This document shows positions 38,089 to 48,558 of a stretch of 64,000 nucleotides of DNA, piece by piece. The stretch's first letter is position 1; the number at the start of each line of letters is the position of its first letter. A program made the translations under genes and the position numbers. The DNA is taken from IMG/VR virus record IMGVR_UViG_3300031143_000006; one strand, given 5' to 3'. Under the pieces are notes generated by a model. That model saw nothing but the letters and a program-made list of their open reading frames with translations, ran no database searches and was not told where the DNA came from. The stretch comes from a virus.

Positions 38089-39315
38089 ATGAAATTAGGC
38101 AAACACACATTAATAATAGACGGTAACTACTTTTTACATAGTAGGTTATTTGTATTACCAAGACCTAAAGGAGAGCAGCTTTTAAAAACAAGAGACAGTC
38201 AGGCAAGTTTAATGCGTAAATTATGTATTGACTTCGCTTCTGAATTACGAAGAATGTCCGGTTTTGTAGATCAAGTTGTAGTCGCTGTTGATGCAAAATC
38301 ATGGCGTAAAGACCTTTTCCCAGAAGCACAATATAAAGGTACAAGAACATATGACGATTCAGTCAACTGGGCTAATGTATTCGAAACATATAAAGCATGG
38401 CAAGATATTTTAGCAAAACAAGGCGTTGTAATTCACCAAGTACAGGGAGCAGAAGCAGATGATGTTATGTTTGGATGGGCTACTCAATTAAACAATGAAG
38501 GTAGGAATTGTATCGCTTGGACAGGAGATCGTGATTTAATTCAATTAGTTAATTATAATCAAGCAACTGATGCGTATACTTTATGGTATTATAATTCTAA
38601 AAGAAAACTTATTGCATTTGAAGGTTTTGAAAAAGTTCTAAATGAAAGAGCAACTGATTCTATGTCTAATGATGATTTAATGTTCAATATGAATTCAAAT
38701 ACTGTTATGCATGATCAGATGAAACAGAATTTAACAGACTGGACCTTAAAGAATGGAGTTACTATTGAAGAAATTAATTGTGATGATTTTATATTCACTA
38801 AGATTTTACAAGGTGATAAGAGTGATAATATTAAAAGTGTTGTTTCATGGACAAAGACTGCAAAGTCAGGTAAGATCATGAATTATTCTATTACTGAAAA
38901 AAATGCATTCAAAATATTAGATCAATATAAGGCAGAAAACGGTGGTTTTTCAATAGATGATTTCTTTAACAAGGATAGCGTTGATAAGATCGTAGAAATT
39001 ATACATAAAACACTTGATAAATCTACACTTGAAGAAATTAAAGGTAGATTCAATCAAAACCTAGATCTTATGTTACTTCATTTTAATACTATACCAGATC
39101 CTATTCAAAAGGAAATCTATAAAGCAATTGAAGCAGATTTCAATGCAGAACCTACGTTCTCAGGATTAACCAAGATGGAAGTAATATTAGAAGGAACAGA
39201 ATGGTTACAGAAAAAGGGTGCTAGTGCTCCAGGGGGATATGATCCATTTGCTGGATTAAAAACACCTGAAACAAAAACACAAGTTAATAATAAAATAACA
39301 AACGGGTTATTCTAA
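38089..39315 (+). CDS. rnh: RNase H / 5'-3' exonuclease (T4 rnh / FEN-1 family) with a C-terminal extension
   Basis: PIN-like 5'-nuclease motifs 'VDAKSW...', 'GAEADDV', 'TGDRDLIQL' and 'ILQGDKSDNIKSV', compare T4 'ILKGDKKDNVASV'. Confidence 0.7.
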   Translation: MKLGKHTLIIDGNYFLHSRLFVLPRPKGEQLLKTRDSQASLMRKLCIDFASELRRMSGFVDQVVVAVDAKSWRKDLFPEAQYKGTRTYDDSVNWANVFETYKAWQDILAKQGVVIHQVQGAEADDVMFGWATQLNNEGRNCIAWTGDRDLIQLVNYNQATDAYTLWYYNSKRKLIAFEGFEKVLNERATDSMSNDDLMFNMNSNTVMHDQMKQNLTDWTLKNGVTIEEINCDDFIFTKILQGDKSDNIKSVVSWTKTAKSGKIMNYSITEKNAFKILDQYKAENGGFSIDDFFNKDSVDKIVEIIHKTLDKSTLEEIKGRFNQNLDLMLLHFNTIPDPIQKEIYKAIEADFNAEPTFSGLTKMEVILEGTEWLQKKGASAPGGYDPFAGLKTPETKTQVNNKITNGLF

Positions 39316-39318
39316 AAT

Positions 39319-39747
39319 ATGGACGAAACTAAATTATTTGACTTCATAAAAATTATGTTTACGAAGCAAAAAGATTACCACAACATAAAACAATACAATA
39401 AGAAAAGACATCATTTCATGATTAATCGATTCTTCGCAATTAAGTTTCCTGCAAACGCACAGTTATTTAATGTTAATGGAATAAATCCAATTGCGGTAAT
39501 TGATAGTTGGGCATTAGTTGCATCTAGATTTAAAGGAGTTCCTCGCTGGATTTATACTAAAACAAAGAAATCTAAAAAGAAAGCAGTCTCTACTAAAGGC
39601 AAATATATACCAAGTGATGAAGCGATCCGAGTGTTCATAGATAAAAATGAAATCGGAATGCGAGAGTTTAAAGAACTAGAAAAGTTCGCACCAACTGAGT
39701 TATACACATCACTTAAGTCGATCGAAAGATCTATGAAAGTGTATTAA
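39319..39747 (+). CDS. possible clamp loader small subunit (gp62-like)
   Basis: Weak similarity: 'KQKDYHNI...FP...VPRWIYTKTKKSKKK' versus gp62 'AQKDYSKF...FP...VPRGKRYGKW'. Located in the replication module. Confidence 0.3.
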   Translation: MDETKLFDFIKIMFTKQKDYHNIKQYNKKRHHFMINRFFAIKFPANAQLFNVNGINPIAVIDSWALVASRFKGVPRWIYTKTKKSKKKAVSTKGKYIPSDEAIRVFIDKNEIGMREFKELEKFAPTELYTSLKSIERSMKVY

Positions 39748-39760
39748 TAAAGAACTAAAG

Positions 39761-40414
39761 ATGAATAATAGTAGCTTCCCGACTGCGGTCGACGTAACAC
39801 TACATAGATACAATCACATAGACAACCGCCTGTGGGTCCATATCAAAAATCAATTAGATTATGTTGAAGTCGACGACATGTCCGTGGTGGTGAGCCTAGG
39901 TCAGTTAACGACGATCTTGGAGATGCATTATATGCCAATGATTAATAGAATTAAATCAACTGGCGTGGAATTCCTACATAAGAAGGTAACTTCACCGTAT
40001 TTTATGTATATGATGTGCAAGGATATGCCAAACTTACAGTTTATTAAACTGACGCTAAGCCATGATAAGAAATTCACAAGACTTATAGAAAGTGAAGGAA
40101 GTAAGATGTTAAAGTTTGAATTTAAAATTCTTGCAATGACAATAAACTTACCAGATCTTTTTGATATGGAAGAAATTCAAGTACTTAATCCAATTTTTGA
40201 GGAATTAAATATATTAGAAGAGGGAATTCCATATAATAGAATGAGAATTGTAGAGGTATTAGATGATATAGATGATTGGATCGAAAGAGAAATAAATCTA
40301 GACTTTGATGAAGGGATGATAGATCCTATACCTTTATTAACTGCCTTTATGGATATGGTAGACCCTAAAGTTGAAGGTGATAATCCATTAACATTGATAG
40401 TTACTGATTATTGA
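39761..40414 (+). CDS. hypothetical acidic protein (217 aa)
   Basis: ORF. Confidence 0.35.
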   Translation: MNNSSFPTAVDVTLHRYNHIDNRLWVHIKNQLDYVEVDDMSVVVSLGQLTTILEMHYMPMINRIKSTGVEFLHKKVTSPYFMYMMCKDMPNLQFIKLTLSHDKKFTRLIESEGSKMLKFEFKILAMTINLPDLFDMEEIQVLNPIFEELNILEEGIPYNRMRIVEVLDDIDDWIEREINLDFDEGMIDPIPLLTAFMDMVDPKVEGDNPLTLIVTDY

Positions 40415-40453
40415 TATATTTTATCGAATATATAGATAAAATAAACTTTTTCA

Positions 40454-40861
40454 ATGAACTTATTTAAAAATTTCGGAAAGAGAGAAGCTTTAATCTATAT
40501 TATTGTTACTCTATGGATCTCTATGGGAATAGTTGCAGCGGTTAAAGCATCTAGCTTGACCGATTTAGCAGTATACTTTGGATCTCTAACAGCATATGCA
40601 GCCACTTATATTTGGGCTGAATCTAAAAGACCAAGCACAAAAACAGGAATAATGGCTAAAGGGCCTAGATCAAGAAGAGAAGTAATGATTTACGTAGTAG
40701 TTTTTATATGGGCAATTGCCGGTATAGTTTCTATGTACTTTTCATCATCACTTAAAGATCTTTCAATTTACTTTGCATCATTAACAGGATTTGTTGCATC
40801 ATGGATTGCTGGCGAAAAGATTAAACCAGAAGACGAAGTTAATCAAAATATTAAAAAATAA
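40454..40861 (+). CDS. small membrane protein with an internal duplication (2 x ~60-aa TM repeats)
   Basis: 'ALIYIIVTLWISMGIVAAVKASSLTDLAVYFGSLTAYAATYIWAE' is repeated as 'EVMIYVVVFIWAIAGIVSMYFSSSLKDLSIYFASLTGFVASWIAGE'. Confidence 0.4.
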   Translation: MNLFKNFGKREALIYIIVTLWISMGIVAAVKASSLTDLAVYFGSLTAYAATYIWAESKRPSTKTGIMAKGPRSRREVMIYVVVFIWAIAGIVSMYFSSSLKDLSIYFASLTGFVASWIAGEKIKPEDEVNQNIKK

Positions 40862-42813
40862 TGGTTACAGGATTTACAGCAACAGAATACGGTGATAGTT
40901 TAATAGCATCACTTAACGATCCATATTATAAAACAACGAATATAACGGGTTGGGAAATAATAGCGGGTTTACAAAACTTTAAAACAATTGGAACAATATC
41001 TACAGTAAAAGATACCAAAATAGTTAATGGTACTAGGACAGATTTTAATCAATTATCAGTAGGTAATAGCATTATTATTGGAAATACGACATTTGTGATA
41101 GAGACTATAGTATCTCAGAATCAATTAACATTAACAATAGCCCCTAATTTCACAACAAGTGGAATCGAATATTATCTACCAGTAGATTCTAATAATTATT
41201 TTGATTATGAATATAGATGGTCTAGCGATAATAGTCAATTCTCAGAACTTAGGCCTTTGAATACAACAAACGGACATCCAAATTTACTTGGATTAACGTT
41301 CGACCCATTAAAACCATTATGGTTAGATATTAGAGCTGAAGTCGCTGCAATATCTACAGGATATACTCTTTCAATAATTTCAGTAACATACACTACCGTA
41401 ACTGAGGATGGTGTTGTTGTAAGTTGTCCTAACTTCTGTGTTGAATGTTCTGATCCGTTTGCAATGTATGGATGCGCAAATATAATAGAGTCATGTGACA
41501 ATGATAATTTGTTTAATCCATATGATTTAAATAAGTCATCAAACATATATAAACAAATGGTGGACATGACTAGTAATATATTTGGTCATGAAGTTCAATA
41601 TTTTAGAACTGAACCAGACGCTAGAACCGAAGACGTCCATTTAATGGAGTATTCATTACACGATGTTGTTGATAAGAAAAATGTAAAGATCCTTGTACCA
41701 GATAATGAATTTCCTGACGAAGCAATGTCATATGATATTTTTGGAATGGAATTTGCAGAATTTGAAATACATATAGTTGCTTCCGCTTTTGAAAAAGCAT
41801 TCGGAGCAGGGAAATCACCAAGAAGTAAAGATTACATGTATATTCCATTAATTAATAGAATGTATGAAATTAATTCACTAGCAATTGCAGATGAATTTAA
41901 TAAAACAGCGTCATACTGGAGATGTAAACTTGTCAAATATCAAGAAAGAACATCAGTAATTAAAAATCAATTCGAAGTTGATACTGACTCTTTAATAACA
42001 GGAGTTGACGAAGTATTTGGAGAAAGACAAAAAGAAGAACAAGAGAAAGTTACAAACCCTCAACAGTTTCAAACAGTTACAGCTGCATATAGAGACGGTA
42101 TTAGAGGATTTATACATAACAATTTATCTATAGTTGATAGTGAATTAAAAAACAGATGGACAGTTGTTAGTAAAAATTACTACGATTTGAGTAAGATTAC
42201 TGCGGGACAAACTGCAATCGAATATGCAATACCATCAAAATTAGCATCTACTGATAATTTAGCTACTAGTATGTGGTTTTCACCTCAATTTGAAACAACA
42301 GATATAAGTGAATACGTTTTATTTGGAGATCTAGCAGCAATTGGAGGATTTAAATTATTTATTAGCAATACTAAATTTAAAGTGATGGTTAACGGTGTAA
42401 ATTATGAATGGTTGCATGGAACTAATTTAAAGAAAGGAGAATGGTATGGATTAATATTAAATATTAACAATAAGTTCTTACAATCATCAATATCATTATA
42501 CAGATTGGATTCGGCGAATAATACAGGAAATGCAGCAGGTTCCCGTCCTCAAGATAATAATAATAATTTAATTGAAGAATATACAGGAACATTAGAAATA
42601 AACCAACCTATGGTTTGGAATTCGAGTTCAAATTACCATATAAGAGGTAATAAAACTCATATGACAAATATAAGGGTATTTACTAATGTAATAGAATTAG
42701 AACAACATAGCAATATATTAAATCAATATGTTGTAAGAGACAATCAGTTATCAATCCTTATAGATAATGCTATTCCAAGTTTAGGCTATCAACGTTTCAA
42801 GAACGCTAGATAA
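40861..42813 (+). CDS. hypothetical large protein (650 aa), probably a virion structural protein
   Basis: Its start overlaps the upstream stop (ATGG). It lies just upstream of the terminase genes, where T4 carries neck and tail-completion genes. Confidence 0.35.
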   Translation: MVTGFTATEYGDSLIASLNDPYYKTTNITGWEIIAGLQNFKTIGTISTVKDTKIVNGTRTDFNQLSVGNSIIIGNTTFVIETIVSQNQLTLTIAPNFTTSGIEYYLPVDSNNYFDYEYRWSSDNSQFSELRPLNTTNGHPNLLGLTFDPLKPLWLDIRAEVAAISTGYTLSIISVTYTTVTEDGVVVSCPNFCVECSDPFAMYGCANIIESCDNDNLFNPYDLNKSSNIYKQMVDMTSNIFGHEVQYFRTEPDARTEDVHLMEYSLHDVVDKKNVKILVPDNEFPDEAMSYDIFGMEFAEFEIHIVASAFEKAFGAGKSPRSKDYMYIPLINRMYEINSLAIADEFNKTASYWRCKLVKYQERTSVIKNQFEVDTDSLITGVDEVFGERQKEEQEKVTNPQQFQTVTAAYRDGIRGFIHNNLSIVDSELKNRWTVVSKNYYDLSKITAGQTAIEYAIPSKLASTDNLATSMWFSPQFETTDISEYVLFGDLAAIGGFKLFISNTKFKVMVNGVNYEWLHGTNLKKGEWYGLILNINNKFLQSSISLYRLDSANNTGNAAGSRPQDNNNNLIEEYTGTLEINQPMVWNSSSNYHIRGNKTHMTNIRVFTNVIELEQHSNILNQYVVRDNQLSILIDNAIPSLGYQRFKNAR

Positions 42814-42849
42814 AATTGGAATAAATAATCTATAATAAAACATTGAAAT

Positions 42850-43497
42850 ATGCCAGAAGATAAGAAGAGTATTAAATCACAGGCCGAAGATATTAGAAAA
42901 GAGCTAGATGATTTAATCGGAAATAATGATCCAATTCAAACTGTTATAGAAACAGATCCTGAATTACCAGCAAAGAGAGAAGTTGCAGTTAGGCTTTCAT
43001 ATTCACAATTAAAAGAAAATGCTAGTAAGAAAGCTTCTAAAACTATAACAAGTTTAATGAAGTTTTATCTTGATGAAGATATTATCGAGAAGGATGAGTA
43101 TATCATAGCAAAGAAAAAGATAGATGAGATGACAATGTCTTCTTTAATTTATCAACTACAAGCTGGAGAAAGAGCTTTAACAACTCTTTTAGAAACAATC
43201 GAAGACGGTGAAATCGCTCCAAGAATGTTTGAAGTTTTAGCAACTTTACAAAAATCAATGTTAGACATTATCAAATCTCAAACTATGTATTTAATGGCAG
43301 CTGAAGAAGGCGCTAAAAGAATGGCAAGAGATATCGAATTATATAAAAAGCGAGACGATACCCGTGTTATTAGTGAGGCCGCTGGAGGAGCACCTACCAA
43401 TGATACAATACAGAGAGGTACTAAAGATATAATGAGAATGATCCAAAGTGGAATACAGAACGATCAGATAGAAGACGCTGAAATCACAGAAGAATAA
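42850..43497 (+). CDS. putative terminase small subunit (by synteny with gp16)
   Basis: 215-aa charged, helical protein immediately upstream of TerL. Preceded by a late-promoter-like CTATAATAAAAC. Confidence 0.35.
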   Translation: MPEDKKSIKSQAEDIRKELDDLIGNNDPIQTVIETDPELPAKREVAVRLSYSQLKENASKKASKTITSLMKFYLDEDIIEKDEYIIAKKKIDEMTMSSLIYQLQAGERALTTLLETIEDGEIAPRMFEVLATLQKSMLDIIKSQTMYLMAAEEGAKRMARDIELYKKRDDTRVISEAAGGAPTNDTIQRGTKDIMRMIQSGIQNDQIEDAEITEE

Positions 43498-43499
43498 AT

Positions 43500-45326
43500 A
43501 TGGGAGATTACGTAGGAGATAATAGGTGGATCCCTCAGGGACAGTCTGCTGATGAAGCTGGTAAACTAATCTGGTCATCAAAAAGTATCAACGAGTTGAT
43601 GCTAGCACTAGACCAGGGTTACCGTCCGTCTGTCTCTATGCCTTTTTACGAAGGTAAACAATTTTTACGTAGAGGTAATATTGTATTTGAGTATACTGAT
43701 GAAGAAATTACAGAATTAGCTAAATGTGCACATGACATTGTTTACTTTGCAGAAAAATACGCTGTTGTAATGACAGATAATGGAGTTCAGCAGGTTAAGT
43801 TGAGGGATTACCAAAAACAAATGTTAAGGGATTTTCAACATAATAGATTTAATATTGTGTTAGCCTCTAGACAAATGGGTAAAACTGTAACAGCATCTAT
43901 ATTTAATGCATGGTACTTGACATTTAATTATGATAAGACTACATTATTATTAGCAAATAAATCGGAATCAACTAAAGAAATTATTGATAAAGCAAAGATA
44001 GTTCTAGAAAACTTACCTTTCTTTATGAAGCCTGGAATTATTAAGTATGATGTAATGAATGTCCGTGCTGATAACGGATGTAGATTGGTTGGACAGTCAA
44101 CTACTGCAAAATCTGGTATTGGTTTTACTATTCATAATTTATACCTTGATGAGTTTGCACATATCCATCCTACTATTGTAGATTCATTCTATGAAAACGT
44201 TTATCCAACATTATCAGCTTCGAAAATATCGAGAATTAATATAACTTCAACTCCAAATGGATTTAATAAGTTTTATGAAATTTACTCAGATGCAGAAAAA
44301 GGTGACAATGAGTATAAAGCAACAAGAATAGATTGGTGGCAACACCCTGATAGAGACGATGATTGGTATAAGAGAGAATTAGGAAATTTAGGATCTGAAG
44401 ATTCTTTTAATAGACAATATGGAAATGAATTTACAAGTTCATCAAGTTTATTACTAAGTCCAGGTACTATGAAGAATATTAGATCAAATGCACAAAAGTT
44501 TGAATGGTATGATTTTGAAGAATTTGACAACATACATATAGATACTAAAGGATATTTAGGGTTTGCTCCTCACTTCGATCCAGAAGATGCAGGAAATTCA
44601 CAGAAATATTTCATGTTTTCAGTAGATATTGCCGAGGGAAATGGAGGAGATCATTCAGTTATTAATATGTTTGAAGTTGTTCCAATGGAAGATAGGGATA
44701 TTGAAAACTTTATAAGCCCAGGAGCAATGTATGATTTCTTTAAATTAGATCAAGTTGGAGTGTTTAGGAGTAATGAACATCCCATCGAAGATTTTGCAAA
44801 GATATTATATACACTCGCGTTGGATATATTCAACTCAGAAAATACTAAACTAATTATCGAATACAATACGTATGGGAGTATATTGTTACAATATTTAAGT
44901 ACAGTATTTCCAGGTCGTAACGATTTCGAGGATGAAATGGTATTAAGATTTAAACACAGGCATGATTCTAAAACACTTAAACCAGGAATTAGGCTAAAGA
45001 GCGATAATAAATCGGTATTCTGTCAAAACTTTAAAAAGCAGATAGAATTAAACAAAATTAAAATCAATGATATAGTAACTGTACAAGAAGCTAGTTTATT
45101 TGGAGTACTTAAGAATAATAGCTACGGAGCACAAATGGGGCATGATGATATAATTATGACTGCCATCACTGCTACTGAATTCTTTGGTACAACGGATTAC
45201 GCAGATTATGTCGAAGAACTATTAGATATTATACCAGAAGAAAAGGTTAAACTAATGGAACACATCTTATATAAAGATAGTGATGTACAAGGAGATTTAC
45301 AGTTCGACATTTACGATTTACTGTAA
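43500..45326 (+). CDS. terminase large subunit (T4 gp17 homolog)
   Basis: Walker A 'LASRQMGKT', Walker B 'LYLDEF', and a C-terminal nuclease domain with 'GHDDIIM'. Confidence 0.85.
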   Translation: MGDYVGDNRWIPQGQSADEAGKLIWSSKSINELMLALDQGYRPSVSMPFYEGKQFLRRGNIVFEYTDEEITELAKCAHDIVYFAEKYAVVMTDNGVQQVKLRDYQKQMLRDFQHNRFNIVLASRQMGKTVTASIFNAWYLTFNYDKTTLLLANKSESTKEIIDKAKIVLENLPFFMKPGIIKYDVMNVRADNGCRLVGQSTTAKSGIGFTIHNLYLDEFAHIHPTIVDSFYENVYPTLSASKISRINITSTPNGFNKFYEIYSDAEKGDNEYKATRIDWWQHPDRDDDWYKRELGNLGSEDSFNRQYGNEFTSSSSLLLSPGTMKNIRSNAQKFEWYDFEEFDNIHIDTKGYLGFAPHFDPEDAGNSQKYFMFSVDIAEGNGGDHSVINMFEVVPMEDRDIENFISPGAMYDFFKLDQVGVFRSNEHPIEDFAKILYTLALDIFNSENTKLIIEYNTYGSILLQYLSTVFPGRNDFEDEMVLRFKHRHDSKTLKPGIRLKSDNKSVFCQNFKKQIELNKIKINDIVTVQEASLFGVLKNNSYGAQMGHDDIIMTAITATEFFGTTDYADYVEELLDIIPEEKVKLMEHILYKDSDVQGDLQFDIYDLL

Positions 45327-45380
45327 TGCTCACATAATAATAAAGATATATAATAAAAGAAAAAATAAAAATATAATACT

Positions 45381-47663
45381 ATGGCACTAAGTCCGAATTT
45401 ATTACAATTTAAGTCAAGTGGAGTATATCGTTTAGAGTTTGACAAGTCAACGACTGCAAACATAAACGTTGAAACACTTCGATTAGTAGTAGGTCACTCT
45501 AGAAAGGGTCCCTACAACACACCAATACTTATTACAAACACTGAAGAGTTTGCTAATGTATTTGGATCTATCGATAAAAAGTTAGAGAAAAAAGGAATGT
45601 TTTTCCACAGATCTGCGGTAGAAGCTCTTTCAAGAGGTCCTATCTTAGTTTTAAACACTTCTAAATTTACAGGAGAATCTACAGCTAGCACACAGAAGCC
45701 TGTATCTAATGGAACATTAGGAACATCTGCTCCTGTAATAGCAGATAAAAAATACACAAGTTTCTTCGAATCTGATAAATTTATGGTACCTTCTGATGCT
45801 AAAGTTCTTAAAGCAATTGGAACTGAAGGAGCATCTGGAGCAAATGCAATTAACTTTGTAAATATCAAACAATCAGCAGTTACTGTCTTCGTAAGAGAAG
45901 CACAGGATGTTAATGAATTTGATATCACAGCAAGAGAATGGTATGGCGAAGGTAATGTACCAGCTTACATGAATGATTTCGATTATATTTCAGATTTCAT
46001 GGTAGATATTTTCGTATTTAAAGGAGATTTTTCAGACGTAGCAACTGATCCAGTTTATGGAGCATATTTTAACGCAGAAGGATTAGACAAATCTAAATTA
46101 GCAGAATTTGCTAACTTAAGACAAGTTACTTTAGAAGCACAATATACAGGATCTTTACTTCCAGGATTTAAGGATTTAGAAGGAAGAAACTTATATGTTG
46201 AAACAATGATTAACAATGAATCAAGAAAAACTGGTTTATTTTGTGCAATTGATGAAGATGCTGTAATGGATGAAGAAGGAACAGAGATTGATTTAGTAGG
46301 ACATGTATATACTGGAAATGAAACAGAAATGTTATCTTATGTAATTGGAAATGGTGAAAGATCAGTATCAACAACATTCACAGGAGTCGCTGCAACACCA
46401 GTAGATGCAACAGTTGAATTTGCAGGAGATATGTTTACTGTAGATTATTTAGAAATTATAAATACACCAGCCGTTTTTGAAATTAAAGCAGGAGATTTTG
46501 TACAAGCTGCTGCAACCGGTAGATTAGCAAAAGTAAAAAGAATTTCTAAAGTAGGAACAAAATACACAGTATATTGTGATGTTGCCGTAGAAACAACATG
46601 GGGTGGAGCATTCTTCAAATCATGGGAATCAGTTGCAACTAGATATAAGCCTTTCGCTTTAAAAGGAGCTAACTTAGAAGATCAAGTTATCCAAGACTGT
46701 TTAGACGCTCTTAAGGGAGGTACTGGATTACATGCTGGATTAATTGACAAAGACGTAATTGACTTTAGATATGTTGTAGATACATTCGCATCTTTCGATA
46801 CAAATGGTTTACAAAATAAATCTCAATTAGCAGAATTAGCTAAAGCAAGACAGAATGCATCAGCAATCTTAAATGCACCGACAGTTTCAGACTTTAAAGC
46901 TTCAACAGATCCATCATTCATGGATATCAATGGAGATTTCAAAGTAGCATTTATCGCAACTGGAGGAAACTTAGATAAAAATCCAACAAGTACTTATTCT
47001 TTACCAGGAATCGTTGCAGGAGCAAATTACGCATTCTACTACGGACCAGGATTATTAGTATCAGATGGAGGAAAAGATTTAATCGTTCCACCTGCAGCAT
47101 ACGTATCAAATAACTTTATCGATAAATATACAAGTGCTCAGCCTTGGTCAATCATAGCAGGTCCAAGAAGAGGAGTTGTAGGAGGATCAGGATTAAAAGG
47201 AGTAGAATATGCATTTGATAAAGCAGATAGAGATGTATTAGAACCTTTCGGAATCAATCCAATTGTATTTCAAAGAGGAGTTGGTCTTACAATTTTAGGA
47301 AACAAAACTGGACAACAGTCTATTAAATCAGCACTTTCTTCAGCTCACGTTAGAGAAGCACTTATTTATATTCAAGAAGGTATGGCAAATATCCTAAAAG
47401 ATTACGTATTTGAATTTAACAATACTCAAACTAGATTAGAAATTAAAACTTTAGCAGATTCATTTATGGAATCAGTAAAAGCAGACGGTGGAGTTTTTGA
47501 ATTCAAAAATATTATGGATCAATCAAACAACACTGATGATGTAATTGATAACAACTTTGGTATTATTGATACTTATGTTGAGCCAGTTAAAGGATTAGAA
47601 ATAGTTGTTCATAGAACTACAATACTAAATACTGGGGAAATTTCAACAGGTAACTTTAGTTAA
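45381..47663 (+). CDS. tail sheath protein (T4 gp18 homolog)
   Basis: 'MALSPNLL...' resembles gp18 'MTLLSPGIEL'. 'INPIVFQRGVGLTILGNKTG' resembles gp18 'INPVTGTGGDGYVLYGDKTA'. Size 760 aa. Confidence 0.8.
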   Translation: MALSPNLLQFKSSGVYRLEFDKSTTANINVETLRLVVGHSRKGPYNTPILITNTEEFANVFGSIDKKLEKKGMFFHRSAVEALSRGPILVLNTSKFTGESTASTQKPVSNGTLGTSAPVIADKKYTSFFESDKFMVPSDAKVLKAIGTEGASGANAINFVNIKQSAVTVFVREAQDVNEFDITAREWYGEGNVPAYMNDFDYISDFMVDIFVFKGDFSDVATDPVYGAYFNAEGLDKSKLAEFANLRQVTLEAQYTGSLLPGFKDLEGRNLYVETMINNESRKTGLFCAIDEDAVMDEEGTEIDLVGHVYTGNETEMLSYVIGNGERSVSTTFTGVAATPVDATVEFAGDMFTVDYLEIINTPAVFEIKAGDFVQAAATGRLAKVKRISKVGTKYTVYCDVAVETTWGGAFFKSWESVATRYKPFALKGANLEDQVIQDCLDALKGGTGLHAGLIDKDVIDFRYVVDTFASFDTNGLQNKSQLAELAKARQNASAILNAPTVSDFKASTDPSFMDINGDFKVAFIATGGNLDKNPTSTYSLPGIVAGANYAFYYGPGLLVSDGGKDLIVPPAAYVSNNFIDKYTSAQPWSIIAGPRRGVVGGSGLKGVEYAFDKADRDVLEPFGINPIVFQRGVGLTILGNKTGQQSIKSALSSAHVREALIYIQEGMANILKDYVFEFNNTQTRLEIKTLADSFMESVKADGGVFEFKNIMDQSNNTDDVIDNNFGIIDTYVEPVKGLEIVVHRTTILNTGEISTGNFS

Positions 47664-47696
47664 TCAGATATATAAAAAAACAAAAACAATATAAAA

Positions 47697-48251
47697 ATGG
47701 CTTTACCACATTATTCACAAGATCAAACAAGCAGAAGCGGTAGACAATTCGAACCAGTTCAAGCGAACTTATTCGAAGTTACAGTTCTTCCTCCAGCAGG
47801 AGTTTCTGACGCACCGCTAATGATTCAACATGTAAATTCTATCTCAGGATTAGAATTATACAAAGAAGTATCAGCTGTTGAGCAGAAATATAAATTCTCA
47901 ACACGTTCATTCGCAGGAATGCCGGATTCAACAACAGTAGATGTTGGAATTGAATTTTCATTAAACTTAAACGATGCTAACCAAGCGTACCTTTATAAGT
48001 CACTAAGACAATGGTACAATAATCAATATGATCCTCAAACAGGGGCTATGGGATTAAAGAAAGACTATGTCGGAACGATAGTAGTAGTTCAATTCAATAG
48101 AGCCGGAGATATTTACAGAACAGTAACTTTAGAAGACTGTTTCATTACCTCTGGATTACCTTTTACAACCGATCTAGGTTATGAAACAACTGATGTACAA
48201 TCTATCGAGGTTACATGGAGATGTGACACTTGGAAAGAAGTTTTAGCTTAA
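47697..48251 (+). CDS. tail tube protein (T4 gp19 homolog)
   Basis: 'QANLFEVTVLPP' resembles gp19 'RPNLFQVEISYL'. The gene sits immediately after the sheath gene. Confidence 0.7.
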   Translation: MALPHYSQDQTSRSGRQFEPVQANLFEVTVLPPAGVSDAPLMIQHVNSISGLELYKEVSAVEQKYKFSTRSFAGMPDSTTVDVGIEFSLNLNDANQAYLYKSLRQWYNNQYDPQTGAMGLKKDYVGTIVVVQFNRAGDIYRTVTLEDCFITSGLPFTTDLGYETTDVQSIEVTWRCDTWKEVLA

Positions 48252-48339
48252 TCATACTTACAAATATGGGGATTCATAATAGTTTCCCCTATTTTTATGA
48301 AACAAAAACATATTATGTTGATATAATAATAACTAAACA

Positions 48340-48555
48340 ATGGATAAACTGACAAGAAAATTACAAGTACTTCTCTCAGAAACAGAAGTAACGTCAATAA
48401 ACAGGATTATCTTAACTGAGGCAATTGAAGGTGGAGAAAGACCAGTATCGATATCTGCATTCATAAGAGATATAATTCGCAAAGAAATTGAATTAAAAGG
48501 TGATTCAATAATAGAATGGAAAAAAGAGAATATTAAGAAACTTAAAAAGAAGTAA
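48340..48555 (+). CDS. hypothetical protein (71 aa)
   Basis: ORF. Confidence 0.3.
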   Translation: MDKLTRKLQVLLSETEVTSINRIILTEAIEGGERPVSISAFIRDIIRKEIELKGDSIIEWKKENIKKLKKK

Positions 48556-48558
48556 CAA

